Shown: positions 29,236-38,902, numbered from the stretch's first letter. The stretch is 63,924 bases of DNA from a virus (IMGVR_UViG_3300044691_000230:1-63924), one strand, 5' to 3'. Notes: generated by a model not told the origin, from the sequence alone. Made by a program: numbers and translations.

Positions 29236-29663
29236 CAGGACACCGGAACATTCTTGCGCAGGTACAGCAGGAAGAAGAATGTCCCGCTCACCTGCTGGCC
29301 TACCGTGGAGATCAGGATGGAACCTGTGGCGCCAGCCAATGCCGCTGGAACCCGGATGCCGCCGAATCTCCTCCAATTGAAATCCTCCGGGGCATTGCCG
29401 ATCGGGAAGATGTCCTGATTGATCGTTGCTTCCCACTGCACCCGAAGCTTCAGGTCCTGGGCGTCATAGTCGAAGCCGACGACAGTCGTGTGCACGCCCG
29501 GATAGAACGTCTGCCCAGCCCGCACGACGCCATAGGTCCCGCTCGAGGTGGCGTCGTAGATCTTCTGGTCGGTGATCCCCGAGCCGTCGGAAACCAGCGT
29601 GCCGCGAAGGATGACGTTGCGATAGCCGTTGTTCTCGACATTGATGACAGCAGTTTCGGCCAT
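29235..29663 (-). CDS. Virion-module protein
   Basis: RBS GAGAGG; beta-rich. Confidence 0.65.
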   Translation of the reverse strand: MAETAVINVENNGYRNVILRGTLVSDGSGITDQKIYDATSSGTYGVVRAGQTFYPGVHTTVVGFDYDAQDLKLRVQWEATINQDIFPIGNAPEDFNWRRFGGIRVPAALAGATGSILISTVGQQVSGTFFFLLYLRKNVPVS

Positions 29664-29698
29664 CGGTAGTCCTCTCCCCGCCTAAGCGGATCCAAGGG

Positions 29699-30637
29699 TT
29701 AAATCTGCGCAACCCCGAAAAGTCCCGTGGTCGGGTTGGTCAGGATCGCCCCCAGCGTCGGCGTCACGCTCATCATCAGCCGCTTGGTGCCGTCCGAGGC
29801 GTCCTGGGTGGCGTAGGTGCCGCGCACGTCGCCGGTGGTGGCCGTGGCCGGCGAGGTCGTCACCGCCGCCGTGAAGCCCGTCGAGGCGGTGATCACGGCC
29901 GAGTTCCAGTTGATGCTCACGTCACCGAAGAAGCTGGCCAGCAGGCCAAAGCCGAACACGTCCGCCGTGCCCACCGCCAGGGTGTGGGTGTCGGTGAAGT
30001 TGGGGGTCACCGAGGCGACGACCTTGAACGCCTTGGTGGTGTTGACCGTGTTCGCACCGGCGCCCACCGTGACCGTCTGGGTCATCGCGTAGCCGTAGCA
30101 GTCGTAACCGCGGATAGTCACGGTCCCGCCAGAACCGGAGCCCACCCCCGTCACCGAGACGCAACGTCCCACGCAGGTCGCACGGTTGTAGAACCCGGTC
30201 GTGAAGTTGCCGCCCGACCCGAAGGCGTGGAAGCTCGGCAGACCGTCGATCGCCACCCCGGCCGAGACCGAAACCCCCGGCGTGGGGAAGAAGGCGGGAG
30301 CGGCGGTTGACAGCACCGTGATCCCGGCGCCGGTGCTTGCCCGCAGCGTCATCGCCGTGCCGGAGGTCGGATTGGCTGCAGCGGCGATGTTGTTGGTGGC
30401 GATCGCGCTGGGCACGTAGTTGGCGACCAGGGGGCTTGCCCCGCCGTACCAACCGATGATCCCCGGCTGCGCCGCGCTCGAGCCGCGCGCATTGTAGGGC
30501 AGGCGGTGGTCCTGAATGCCCGACGCCAGGAAGTCCAGGGACGGCGCGGCGTTCAGCGGGAACCCGGCATTGGCCAGGTTGCTCATTCGCGCCAGAGCCC
30601 GATGCACCGGCGCCCAGAAGGTGGTCACAGCACCCAT
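29699..30637 (-). CDS. Putative head decoration/fibre protein
   Basis: TIRGYD.YG..M..T; TTSPATATTGDVRGTY motif. Confidence 0.65.
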   Translation of the reverse strand: MGAVTTFWAPVHRALARMSNLANAGFPLNAAPSLDFLASGIQDHRLPYNARGSSAAQPGIIGWYGGASPLVANYVPSAIATNNIAAAANPTSGTAMTLRASTGAGITVLSTAAPAFFPTPGVSVSAGVAIDGLPSFHAFGSGGNFTTGFYNRATCVGRCVSVTGVGSGSGGTVTIRGYDCYGYAMTQTVTVGAGANTVNTTKAFKVVASVTPNFTDTHTLAVGTADVFGFGLLASFFGDVSINWNSAVITASTGFTAAVTTSPATATTGDVRGTYATQDASDGTKRLMMSVTPTLGAILTNPTTGLFGVAQI

Positions 30638-30702
30638 CGTCTTATCCTCTCAGCTACACCCAAGCCTCGCGGCAGGTGGACCCGTCGAAATGTAAGGGGA
30701 TG

Positions 30703-30760
30703 GAGCGCAGTGCCTTCGCTCAACGCGGCGATATTGCGGCTGTGTCGCGACGCATGTCAA
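30703..30760 (-). promoter_or_regulatory. Promoter TTGACA..CAATAT plus GAGCG-AAGGCACTG-CGCTC hairpin
   Basis: Third copy of the motif, with compensatory stem changes. Confidence 0.6.
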
Positions 30761-30782
30761 CTTGAGCATGTCGGAGGGGCCG

Positions 30783-31130
30783 ATGAGCACGACACACCGC
30801 ATCGACCGGGCCTTGGAGCGCTACAGCGTCACCCTCACCTGGGACGACCTAAAGGCCCTGGACGCCCTGATCAGCGACCACAACCGCCTCGCCTCCAAGC
30901 CCGGTTCCGCCATCCACGCCATCGTCTATCGCGGGATAACCTTCATCGTCACCGTCACGACCCTCAGACAGGGCGGACGCGGCATCGTCACCTTCCTGCC
31001 CCCCGACCACTTCAACCACACCGAACGCGTCCGTAGCCTCGCGCTGGTCACCGGAAAAGGCGGCAAGCCAGTCGGTCACAGACGCGCACGGGTGCTCAAG
31101 GATCGGGCGGCTAGGCGGGTGGAGGGGTAG
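30783..31130 (+). CDS. Counter-oriented small protein, possibly RelE/BECR-like
   Basis: RBS GGAGG; H..RALERY...IVTFLP pattern. Confidence 0.55.
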   Translation: MSTTHRIDRALERYSVTLTWDDLKALDALISDHNRLASKPGSAIHAIVYRGITFIVTVTTLRQGGRGIVTFLPPDHFNHTERVRSLALVTGKGGKPVGHRRARVLKDRAARRVEG

Positions 31131-31797
31131 CCGCCTGTTCGAGGTAGGCGATGGCGGCGCGGAGGACAGCCGTATCATCGTCAGCGAACCCGATAGTCTT
31201 GTTGCATCGGTCGCATAGGAGGCCGCGAACAGTTCCCGTGTTATGGTCGTGATCGATGCACATCTTAACTTCCGCGCCGAACTCGATCGTGCATATCGCG
31301 CAACGATTGTCCTGGCTCTGGCGCATCGTCTCGACCTGCTCATTCGTAAGGCCGTACTTCTTCCGACGATCCCACGTCTGCGCGTAAGTCGCCCCAGGGC
31401 CAAGGCGGACAGGCTCTCGCCAGACGAAGTTGCTGGCGCTCCACGGCTTAGATGGGTCTGGGCGCCGCAACTGATGCTGAGTGGTCGGTCGCTCGCCAAC
31501 GTCCGCAAGGAACGCCTCGAAGCGGTTCCATTCGGCTGGATAGGCCCCTTTGGCGCGTGACCTAAGGAGTTGCCAGATTAGCCGCAACGGATGCTGGGCG
31601 CGCTGGTAGTGGATTGAACAAAGGTTCTTCGCGAACGATGTCCGGCCGCAACCGTGTTCAGAACACGTGCCGGTATTGATGGCGTTCTTGCGCTCAAGTG
31701 TGCCGCCTCGTCGTAGGCGGTTGTAGTGGGTCTGGCAGATGCCCCGTGCCCAGGCGGCACGATCGCAGTCTTCAACCGAACAGGTGGTCATTGTCAT
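31111..31797 (-). CDS. Endonuclease VII-family (probable homing) endonuclease
   Basis: CAIC..IDHDH.TG.VRGLLC..CN; two N-terminal C4xC..CxxHY fingers. Confidence 0.85.
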   Translation of the reverse strand: MTMTTCSVEDCDRAAWARGICQTHYNRLRRGGTLERKNAINTGTCSEHGCGRTSFAKNLCSIHYQRAQHPLRLIWQLLRSRAKGAYPAEWNRFEAFLADVGERPTTQHQLRRPDPSKPWSASNFVWREPVRLGPGATYAQTWDRRKKYGLTNEQVETMRQSQDNRCAICTIEFGAEVKMCIDHDHNTGTVRGLLCDRCNKTIGFADDDTAVLRAAIAYLEQAATPPPA

Positions 31798-31863
31798 TGT
31801 GGGTCTCCGTTTATGACAGGAGACACCTTTTCATTTTCTAATATATTCGTCAATTGCGCGTGG

Positions 31864-31895
31864 AAAAGCGAAACGCCCGGCTTTTGGCCGAGCGC
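31864..31895 (-). terminator. Intrinsic terminator after MCP
   Basis: GCGCTCGGC-CAAAA-GCCGGGCGT followed by a T-rich tail. Confidence 0.6.
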
Positions 31896-31938
31896 CCCGC
31901 AGTACATGCAAGTTTACTTTTGAGTGGACTAGCGGTGG

Positions 31939-32859
31939 CTAAACGCCGGCTGTCGCGTAAATCTGCCGGGGATCGGTCCAACCACAGCTAAAACGCATGT
32001 ACTGTGCAGCTTTCGCGTTCTTCGAATCGAACTCATTATCCGTATCAAACATAGGCTTATCCCGCCACAGGAACCGCAGCCCGTACGGCGCATCTGTTCT
32101 GATGAACCACGCCGTTGAACTGAGGAAGTAGTGGTTGGTGACGATACCCTTGGGGAACATGCCGGACGCCTTGATGACGTTTACGGCGTTGTTGGCGGTA
32201 TCGTTCTGCAGGACGGAGTTGATGATGCGGTTGGCGTCGAACCACTGGGCGGGGGAGATCGCGAGGCACTGGGGAACCAGGGCGATCTTGTTGCCGCGGT
32301 AGTCGGTGGCCTGCATGATCTGGATGCCGAGGTCTTCGATCGCGGTTTCGGAGAGGTCGGCCGAGGTGGTGAGCTGGTTGGACCAGTTGCCCGCCAGGGA
32401 GGGGTGGGTGGTCGAGATCATCGATTGGCCGTCACCGCCGGTGAAGGACGAATTGAACGCCTGGTTGAAGACGTTGGCGGCGATGATCTCTTCAGTCTGG
32501 CGCCCAGCGTAGGCCAGGGAGGCGGCGCGGCGCTTGGAAACCACTTCGTAGAGGTTGTCGCGAAGTTCCTCGAACGTGACGATGTAGCCGCCGGCGTAGG
32601 CGACGTGCGTATAGCGCGTCACGCTGCCCTGGACTTCGGTGTCGTAGTTGAGGGAGGCGCCCTGGTCCTTCTCGCGCAGAACCGAGAAGCCAGAGATTTC
32701 CACGTCTTCTTCGTACGCCTTGTCCGAGGTCTCGACGTCGAAGAGGTCAGGATATTCCTGCCTGTGCTCGTCGTACTGACGACCCCAGAAGGTTTTTATT
32801 CCGGGCCACAAAGCCTTAGGATGCGCGCCAGTAGTAATAACGCCGCCGACGGTAGCCAT
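31939..32859 (-). CDS. Major capsid protein
   Basis: ALWPGI..F..ETSDKAYEE..EELRDNLY; F.CGWTDPR; follows scaffold/cement genes. Confidence 0.85.
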   Translation of the reverse strand: MATVGGVITTGAHPKALWPGIKTFWGRQYDEHRQEYPDLFDVETSDKAYEEDVEISGFSVLREKDQGASLNYDTEVQGSVTRYTHVAYAGGYIVTFEELRDNLYEVVSKRRAASLAYAGRQTEEIIAANVFNQAFNSSFTGGDGQSMISTTHPSLAGNWSNQLTTSADLSETAIEDLGIQIMQATDYRGNKIALVPQCLAISPAQWFDANRIINSVLQNDTANNAVNVIKASGMFPKGIVTNHYFLSSTAWFIRTDAPYGLRFLWRDKPMFDTDNEFDSKNAKAAQYMRFSCGWTDPRQIYATAGV

Positions 32860-32885
32860 GTTCGTATTCTCCTAAAGTCGGGGGC

Positions 32886-33500
32886 TTAGACGCCCGTCGT
32901 CGACCACAGTTGCGGGTTGTTGAGGCGCACGATCCACTTGGCGTAGTTGCCAATAGCGTTGTCAGGGCCACGCACGAGACCCAGCAGCCGCAGCTGATAG
33001 GTGGTGTTGGCGCTGGACGAGACGCTTGAGGACTGCAGTTGCCAGGACGAGAAGCCGGTGACGGTGGAACCGCCGGCCCCGGCTACCATGTTGCCGTTGG
33101 CGAAGCCGCCGGTAGCCGCCGCGATGGCGCCGCCGTTGCTGTCCTCCTGGATCTCGAACAGACAGTTCGGATCGTCGGTAACCAGGATGTAATTGAGGAT
33201 CGACGCCTGACGATAGACCGGCAGATCACGCGTCACCGTGAAGGTAGAGTTGCCGCCGGCCGCTGGGCCGTTGGAGATGCTGAGCATCGATCCAAGGACT
33301 GCGTTGCCGGCGCCCGCTGTGGCGATGCCGACCAGGGGGCAACCAAAGGCGTCAGTTCCGCCGAGGGCCACGACCGGATCGCCAAGGAAGATGTTACCGG
33401 TCTGAGCGGCGGGGACGGCGCAGAGGGTTCCCTGACCCGACCAGGGAGTCCCATTCTGATTGATGGGGCGTAGACCGCTGGGTGCGTTGGCATTCGACAT
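32886..33500 (-). CDS. Capsid cement/auxiliary protein
   Basis: MSNANAP.GLRP..IFLGDPV..DDPN..FEIQ; directly upstream of MCP. Confidence 0.65.
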   Translation of the reverse strand: MSNANAPSGLRPINQNGTPWSGQGTLCAVPAAQTGNIFLGDPVVALGGTDAFGCPLVGIATAGAGNAVLGSMLSISNGPAAGGNSTFTVTRDLPVYRQASILNYILVTDDPNCLFEIQEDSNGGAIAAATGGFANGNMVAGAGGSTVTGFSSWQLQSSSVSSSANTTYQLRLLGLVRGPDNAIGNYAKWIVRLNNPQLWSTTGV

Positions 33501-33605
33501 GGCGCGAGGCCCTCAAGGAGTTGCGGGGGACGTTCAGCGGCGAACCGCTTGCCTGCAATGTGCCTTGATGCCTGTGCGCCGCCCGGTTGGGCCTAAGGCG
33601 CGGTA

Positions 33606-34304
33606 TCAGCCCTTGGAAACGGAAAGCGGGCCTTCAGTGGACTCGGTGGGGTCGTAGAACTTGCCCTTGTCCGAGCTCTTCATGGTGCCTGGCGCTGCCC
33701 GGAAGGGACCGGCCTTGATGCCGGCGATCTTTTGGGAAGCCGCCTCGTGTCGGGCGTCCATGTCCTCCTGCCAAAACACCAGCGGGAGTTCCATCGCGAA
33801 GGCATACATGGAGCCTTTATCTCGCCCCGTGCCTACGCACCGACTGACCGGGTGTCCCGCCTTGTCTGTGACGAAAGCCCACCCATTCGCCTCTGCCTCT
33901 TGGATCCGACCGGCGACGTCGTTGAACCAGTGCCTGTGATATCCCGGTCTGGCTTGTAGTGCAAGTTTCTGGGAATAGGCCCCCAGAGGCTTGCGGAACG
34001 CCCGGATGCGCTCGATGTCGGCGATCAGCGCAGCGCGGTCTGAAACCGGCTCCGCTGCGGCGTGTTCGGAGAGTTCCACGTCGGCGGAACGGTCGTTGCC
34101 GAGGGGAAGCGCCCCCTCTCTCACCCGGTCTAGGAAGTCGCCGCCCAAGGGGCTGCGGTTCTGGGCCTGTGGCATACGGGGACCGTCGTCGCTGCCGGCG
34201 TAGAACGGGCCTGACGGCGGCTCGGTCGCGCCAGTGCTTGCCGCACGCGGAGGGTTGGCGACGGGACGGCCCGGGGGACGACGTTGGGGGGTCTTCTGGA
34301 CCAT
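33606..34304 (-). CDS. Conserved head-module protein
   Basis: PGYHRHWFND..GRI..AE..GW.FV motif. Confidence 0.65.
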   Translation of the reverse strand: MVQKTPQRRPPGRPVANPPRAASTGATEPPSGPFYAGSDDGPRMPQAQNRSPLGGDFLDRVREGALPLGNDRSADVELSEHAAAEPVSDRAALIADIERIRAFRKPLGAYSQKLALQARPGYHRHWFNDVAGRIQEAEANGWAFVTDKAGHPVSRCVGTGRDKGSMYAFAMELPLVFWQEDMDARHEAASQKIAGIKAGPFRAAPGTMKSSDKGKFYDPTESTEGPLSVSKG

Positions 34305-34305
34305 C

Positions 34306-35334
34306 TTACTTCTTCCTCTGACGGCGCAGTTCGAGCACATCGACGTGCGGGTCGTCATAGATCGCCATGTGCTCGGCGGCGGTATAGCCGGGGTCCTGGC
34401 GACGGATGCTCTCAAAGGCGCGCTTGACGTCGGCCCGCTCGGCTTCGTCGGGGATGCTGCTGAATGGATCGGAGCGCGCGCCAGGACCTGGGCGAGGGCG
34501 TGCAGCGGGACCTGGAGCGGCGACGGCGGGGACACGCGTGCGAGGACGGGGACGGGGCGCAGGTTCTGGGGGCAATTCCTCCTCCTCTTCGTAGTCCAGA
34601 TCGGTGAGATCGCCAGCGGGGCGCGTCTCGGGATAGGCGGCGTGCATGCGGTTCAAGGCCCGGTCCAGTTGGGCCTGAAGTCCGGCCCCTTCCTTGCGCC
34701 CTTCCGCGTCGATCTCGGCCTGATGCATGGCGATCATCGCCTTGCGCAGGCGCTCGTCGCGGTCGAACCAGGGATTGTCACGGCGGAAGTCGATCACTTC
34801 CTGCGGGGGAGGCGGCGCGCCCTTGGGGGCTGGAGCGCGAGGTTCGGGCGGGGCCTCGACTTCGGCCCGGGTGGTCTCAAGCGCTTTCAACTGCTCTTCG
34901 ACCTGATCATAGGCCACTTCGTCGCCGCTCTGCACCGCCTCACGCTGCTTGGTCTTCAGGTCCGCCACAGCCCGGTCATACCCCCGCTGGTCGGCGCGGC
35001 GGGCGAGGTTCATCGCCGCTTTGAGGGCTTCGGACTGTTCGGCGGAGGTGTTTCGCAGGCTTTCGATTTCCGGTTCCAGGCGGGCGAGCTTCTCGCTCAT
35101 CTTGCGGTTCTGGGCGCGAAGGATCGACCAGTCCGCTTCGCCCCTGGCCAGGAACTCCTCAGCGTTGGACCAGCGACCAGGAGGGCCGCGGTATTCCGCC
35201 AGCGGTCGCCAGCCTTGAGCGCGAGCACGGTCTTCGGCGGAGACTTCTGGCTCTTCAGGGGGAAGTTCAGCGTCCTCGAACTCGCCTCCCAGGTCGTCGA
35301 ACTCTTCGTCAGCGGTGTGCTCAAGATTGGCCAT
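34306..35334 (-). CDS. Putative scaffolding protein
   Basis: ARAQGWRP, coiled coil, NPWF; lies between portal and MCP. Confidence 0.7.
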   Translation of the reverse strand: MANLEHTADEEFDDLGGEFEDAELPPEEPEVSAEDRARAQGWRPLAEYRGPPGRWSNAEEFLARGEADWSILRAQNRKMSEKLARLEPEIESLRNTSAEQSEALKAAMNLARRADQRGYDRAVADLKTKQREAVQSGDEVAYDQVEEQLKALETTRAEVEAPPEPRAPAPKGAPPPPQEVIDFRRDNPWFDRDERLRKAMIAMHQAEIDAEGRKEGAGLQAQLDRALNRMHAAYPETRPAGDLTDLDYEEEEELPPEPAPRPRPRTRVPAVAAPGPAARPRPGPGARSDPFSSIPDEAERADVKRAFESIRRQDPGYTAAEHMAIYDDPHVDVLELRRQRKK

Positions 35335-35336
35335 GT

Positions 35337-35819
35337 CTATGCTTCCACCATCTCGGCGCCCGGCAGGATTTTCGCGGCCACGGTGCGGAAGTCCATGACG
35401 CGGAAGAACCCGCCATCAAGCCCGCGACATTTGATGCCGGCGTACTTCTCGAAGTAGATGCGGTCCCCGACTTCCGGCTTGGCGCCATCCCAGTATGTGC
35501 CGTCATCGAACATCCGGAAGGCTTCAGGACCAAGCGCGAAGATGCAGCCGGTAACCGACGCTTCGGTCATCTGCTCGACTTTGGAATCGGTGAGGAGGAT
35601 GCCCCCAGAGGAGGCGACGGCGCATTCGTCCACCAGGACCAGGACGTTCTTGCCATAGACTTCCAGGCCGGAAGTGTTTTGGCCGTCATACGTGGCGACC
35701 ACGTAGGAGGCGCTCATGCCCTGGATCAGACGTGGCGCAAGCTTGCTCGCTTCCACTTGGTCGTTCGCGCCAAGCGCGGGGTGTTCCATGCCTTTTAACG
35801 TCCTACCTTGATGCCTCAT
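35337..35819 (-). CDS. groES: GroES-like co-chaperonin
   Basis: GKNVLV..SSGGILL..G.IFALGP..VGDRIYFEKYAG..RVMD..VAAKI; start may be 35789. Confidence 0.8.
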   Translation of the reverse strand: MRHQGRTLKGMEHPALGANDQVEASKLAPRLIQGMSASYVVATYDGQNTSGLEVYGKNVLVLVDECAVASSGGILLTDSKVEQMTEASVTGCIFALGPEAFRMFDDGTYWDGAKPEVGDRIYFEKYAGIKCRGLDGGFFRVMDFRTVAAKILPGAEMVEA

Positions 35820-36138
35820 CGGCCTCTTCTGCGAGACCGTAGAATCCCCGTATGTCCTGATGCGTCAGTCCGTGCAACTGCCGCGCCATCAACAGCTTTC
35901 CCCTGACCACATCGGGGTTGCGGTCTTCGTGGCTGTCGTGGGTCAGGAAAGCGCCCGCTTCCAAGAGGTCCGCCGCAAGTTCCCGCCATCTGGAAATGAT
36001 GTCTTCCAGATACTGCAGGTAAGCCGCCGTGATCGGGTTGTGGCGCCAGGACTGATAGTCCATTTCGCTCATGGTCATGAGAATCTGGCGCTTGGCTTCG
36101 GCCTCGCTGTCGGGACCGAGGAAGTCAGCAAGGGGCAT
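35803..36138 (-). CDS. Conserved protein downstream of the portal
   Basis: YQSWRHNPIT motif. Confidence 0.65.
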   Translation of the reverse strand: MPLADFLGPDSEAEAKRQILMTMSEMDYQSWRHNPITAAYLQYLEDIISRWRELAADLLEAGAFLTHDSHEDRNPDVVRGKLLMARQLHGLTHQDIRGFYGLAEEADEASR

Positions 36139-36141
36139 ACA

Positions 36142-38658
36142 TTATCCGATCGGGAGTGGTGCTTTGGGCGCCGGGGGAAGGCCGAAACCGTCTGACGGGG
36201 CAGGGCTTGGGGCCGGTGTTGGAGGAGCCGCTGGCGGACCTGGGGGCGACACGGGGAACGGTCCTGTCGGTCCAGGGGTCGGCTGACCCGCCTGCGCCGC
36301 CAGTTCCGCACTGCTCTGCGCCTGATCCGCCAGCATCTGCGCATGGGAAAGGGCCGCACGCGTGTTGGTATCATGGAACTTGTGGTCGATCAGGGCGGCG
36401 TTGTTGAGGCTGTTCACCGCCTCGATGTGCAGGCGCAGATAATCCAACTGCGCGGAGATGAATGCTTCCTCCGCCGCACTGGCGTTCTTCCTCGCCAGGG
36501 CGAGGTTGAGGAACGCCTGGGTGCTGTCCTTCTGCTCGGCCGCCCGGGTGCGTCCCAACTCCGCCTGCTTGAGCGCCATCTCCATCTGAATGGCCGCTTG
36601 CTGCGCGGCGGCTGCGGCTGGGGAAGGCGGAACCAGCAGCTCGTCGATGCGGTCGATGCTGGCTGCGTCAAACAGTCGCCGACGGATTTCCATCTGGTCG
36701 ACCATCGGGTCGTCTTTGAAGCCCATCAGAATCTGAGCCCGGCCCAGCTTCTGCATGTCGGTGACCATGGTCGGGTCGGCGATCGGCTCCACCCCGCCGG
36801 CCAATTCGTAGTCGTTCGGCGTGACCTCGCGCCATTCATCGCCCACCCGGTACTTGGCCGTGGCCTTCAGGTACTTTCGGTTCAGGCGGAAGAGCTTGGC
36901 GAGCTCCGACTTCTCGGCCCGGTACACGCGCTTGTGGATGGCGGTGTAGACCTTCATGCCCTGTTCGATCAGAGCCAGGACGGTGGTGGGGGGAGCGTTC
37001 GCAATCGACGCGTCCCCGGTCAGCACGTTCTGGATCGACGCCATCTTTTCGGATGCGGTGATCAGCACGCCCAGAAGCTGGAAGAGCACCGGGGATGGAC
37101 CCTGGAACGGCAGCGGAAACACGCTGTCGCGGATCGATTGGCCCTTGGTGGTCACGCGGGTGTAGCGGCCGACGTTGAACAGCGTCTGACCCGACGGAAT
37201 GCCAAGCTGATCGGAGATGAAGCCGCCGCCGGCGTTCTGCAGATGCCCGGCGTCGAACATCTGGTTGAGCGTGCCGTTGATCGCCTCGTTCAGGGGGCGC
37301 AGGTAGTGGCCAAACCCCATCGGGTATGAGCCGCCGTCCATGTTCGGCAGGAACGGATAGAGCGTGTAGTGGTCCACCGGATCGATGCGCTTGATGTAGT
37401 CGTCATCGTCCTCCGGGGTTTCGATGCAGTCGTCGTCGTAGCGGGCGACGATCCGCACCACCTTGCCCGAGCGCTTGTGCACGGTGATCGTGTAGGGCTC
37501 GCTGTAGCCGTCGTCGTCCAGATCCCATCGCCGATGCTGCTCGAGGAAGAGGTGGGGCGCGTCGGGGTCGTCCATCGACGTCGCGGCCTGGTCTTCGTCG
37601 AAGCCGAACGATTCGCCCTCGTCTCCACCACCTGGTCCGTATTCGATCGGCAGGAAGACGCCATCGCCCTCCTCGTCTTCATCCTCGATCCCGGCCCGTT
37701 CCATCTCCTCGATCTGGTAGGGGTAGAGAAGCACCTTCTCAGTGTGCCGCGGCGCCGCTTCGAAGCTGGGGGCGTGGTAGTTCCAGACCAGATTGGCGAG
37801 GCTGACCATCAGCGAGCGGTTGCGGTCCTCGGAGGGGTCGCGGTAGGTCTTGCGCGCGAAGCCGCCAATGATGGCCATCTGGTTGAGGCCCTGGTCGGTC
37901 TGCGGCTCCCACTCCGGCATTTCCTCGAGCAACTGCCAGGACATGTGCTCGCCGATCAGGTCGGCCCGCTTGCGCTTTTCACCCGGCGCGATCTTCCACA
38001 CCGGCTGCATGGGAGGGCCGCCGAGACCCGGAAGCGCGCCCTGCTGCGGTGAGGGTGGTTGTTGAGGCGTGGGGCCTGGAACCTGTCCAGGGCCGGCCGG
38101 GGGCGATGGCGAGGGCACAGGAACCACCACCGGCGGACCATCCGCCTTGCCGTCGTGGGTGATCGGCGTGCCCTTGTCGGAGCCCCAGACGATGCCCTTC
38201 ACGACGTTGCGGTTCTGCACGATAGCGCCGTAAGCCCGCGCGCCAAACTCCAACGCCGCTTGGCTGATCAGTGGGAAGATCACGGCCGAAGCGCCTGGCC
38301 ATGGGTATTGTTTAGGTTGCGCGTCCTGCGTGGCGAAGCGGAGCGCCTTCTTGGCCTTGGTCACCCAGTCGGCGCGGCTGTTCTCGTCGATCTGGTATTC
38401 GCGCACCACCATCATGCCGATCTCGTCCAGGGTCTGCTGGTCGAGGTAGCGGGCAAGGTTGATGTCTTCGGCCCAGGCGAGGAGTTGAGCCTTCAGGGAC
38501 CCCGCCTTGGGCTTGGCCTTGGGGGTGCGCTCTTCCTGCTGTTCCTCCCGCTCATCGCCCTCGAGGTCGGTCTCGGGTTCAAGGCCGGTGGGGAGATTGG
38601 AGGTTTCGTGGCCAAGCGCGCCCAAGGGCGAATTGGTCGTGCTCTCAATGAATGACAA
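36142..38658 (-). CDS. Portal protein
   Basis: YPWPGAS..FP; DLDDDGYSEPY; DAG.LQN..GF; TTG start after GGAG. Confidence 0.85.
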   Translation of the reverse strand: MSFIESTTNSPLGALGHETSNLPTGLEPETDLEGDEREEQQEERTPKAKPKAGSLKAQLLAWAEDINLARYLDQQTLDEIGMMVVREYQIDENSRADWVTKAKKALRFATQDAQPKQYPWPGASAVIFPLISQAALEFGARAYGAIVQNRNVVKGIVWGSDKGTPITHDGKADGPPVVVPVPSPSPPAGPGQVPGPTPQQPPSPQQGALPGLGGPPMQPVWKIAPGEKRKRADLIGEHMSWQLLEEMPEWEPQTDQGLNQMAIIGGFARKTYRDPSEDRNRSLMVSLANLVWNYHAPSFEAAPRHTEKVLLYPYQIEEMERAGIEDEDEEGDGVFLPIEYGPGGGDEGESFGFDEDQAATSMDDPDAPHLFLEQHRRWDLDDDGYSEPYTITVHKRSGKVVRIVARYDDDCIETPEDDDDYIKRIDPVDHYTLYPFLPNMDGGSYPMGFGHYLRPLNEAINGTLNQMFDAGHLQNAGGGFISDQLGIPSGQTLFNVGRYTRVTTKGQSIRDSVFPLPFQGPSPVLFQLLGVLITASEKMASIQNVLTGDASIANAPPTTVLALIEQGMKVYTAIHKRVYRAEKSELAKLFRLNRKYLKATAKYRVGDEWREVTPNDYELAGGVEPIADPTMVTDMQKLGRAQILMGFKDDPMVDQMEIRRRLFDAASIDRIDELLVPPSPAAAAAQQAAIQMEMALKQAELGRTRAAEQKDSTQAFLNLALARKNASAAEEAFISAQLDYLRLHIEAVNSLNNAALIDHKFHDTNTRAALSHAQMLADQAQSSAELAAQAGQPTPGPTGPFPVSPPGPPAAPPTPAPSPAPSDGFGLPPAPKAPLPIG

Positions 38659-38713
38659 GGCGCAGCTCCCGAGCAACTGCCCTGAGGTACGCTAAGCCGC
38701 CCTAGTCACGCAA

Positions 38714-38902
38714 TCAGTTGAGGTATCGGCCGTGGGGTAGGCCAAAGGGCGCGTAGTTGAACAACAGCGCCAGGCAGAGGATGCCCACAAGGATCAGGAC
38801 AATCATCCGCACCGGTTGCGGCAAGCCCATCTGCCCGACGATGTAAAACGCCAGCCAGACCACGAGGCAGACAACCAGCAGTCCGATGAGAAGTCCGATC
38901 AT
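38714..38902 (-). CDS. Small 2-TM membrane protein
   Basis: Two hydrophobic helices around LPQP. Confidence 0.65.
   Translation of the reverse strand: MIGLLIGLLVVCLVVWLAFYIVGQMGLPQPVRMIVLILVGILCLALLFNYAPFGLPHGRYLN

Noticed and set aside
22962-29436. Long N-terminal extensions given in the ORF track
   Set aside because: They overlap upstream genes; starts coupled to the preceding stop codons fit better
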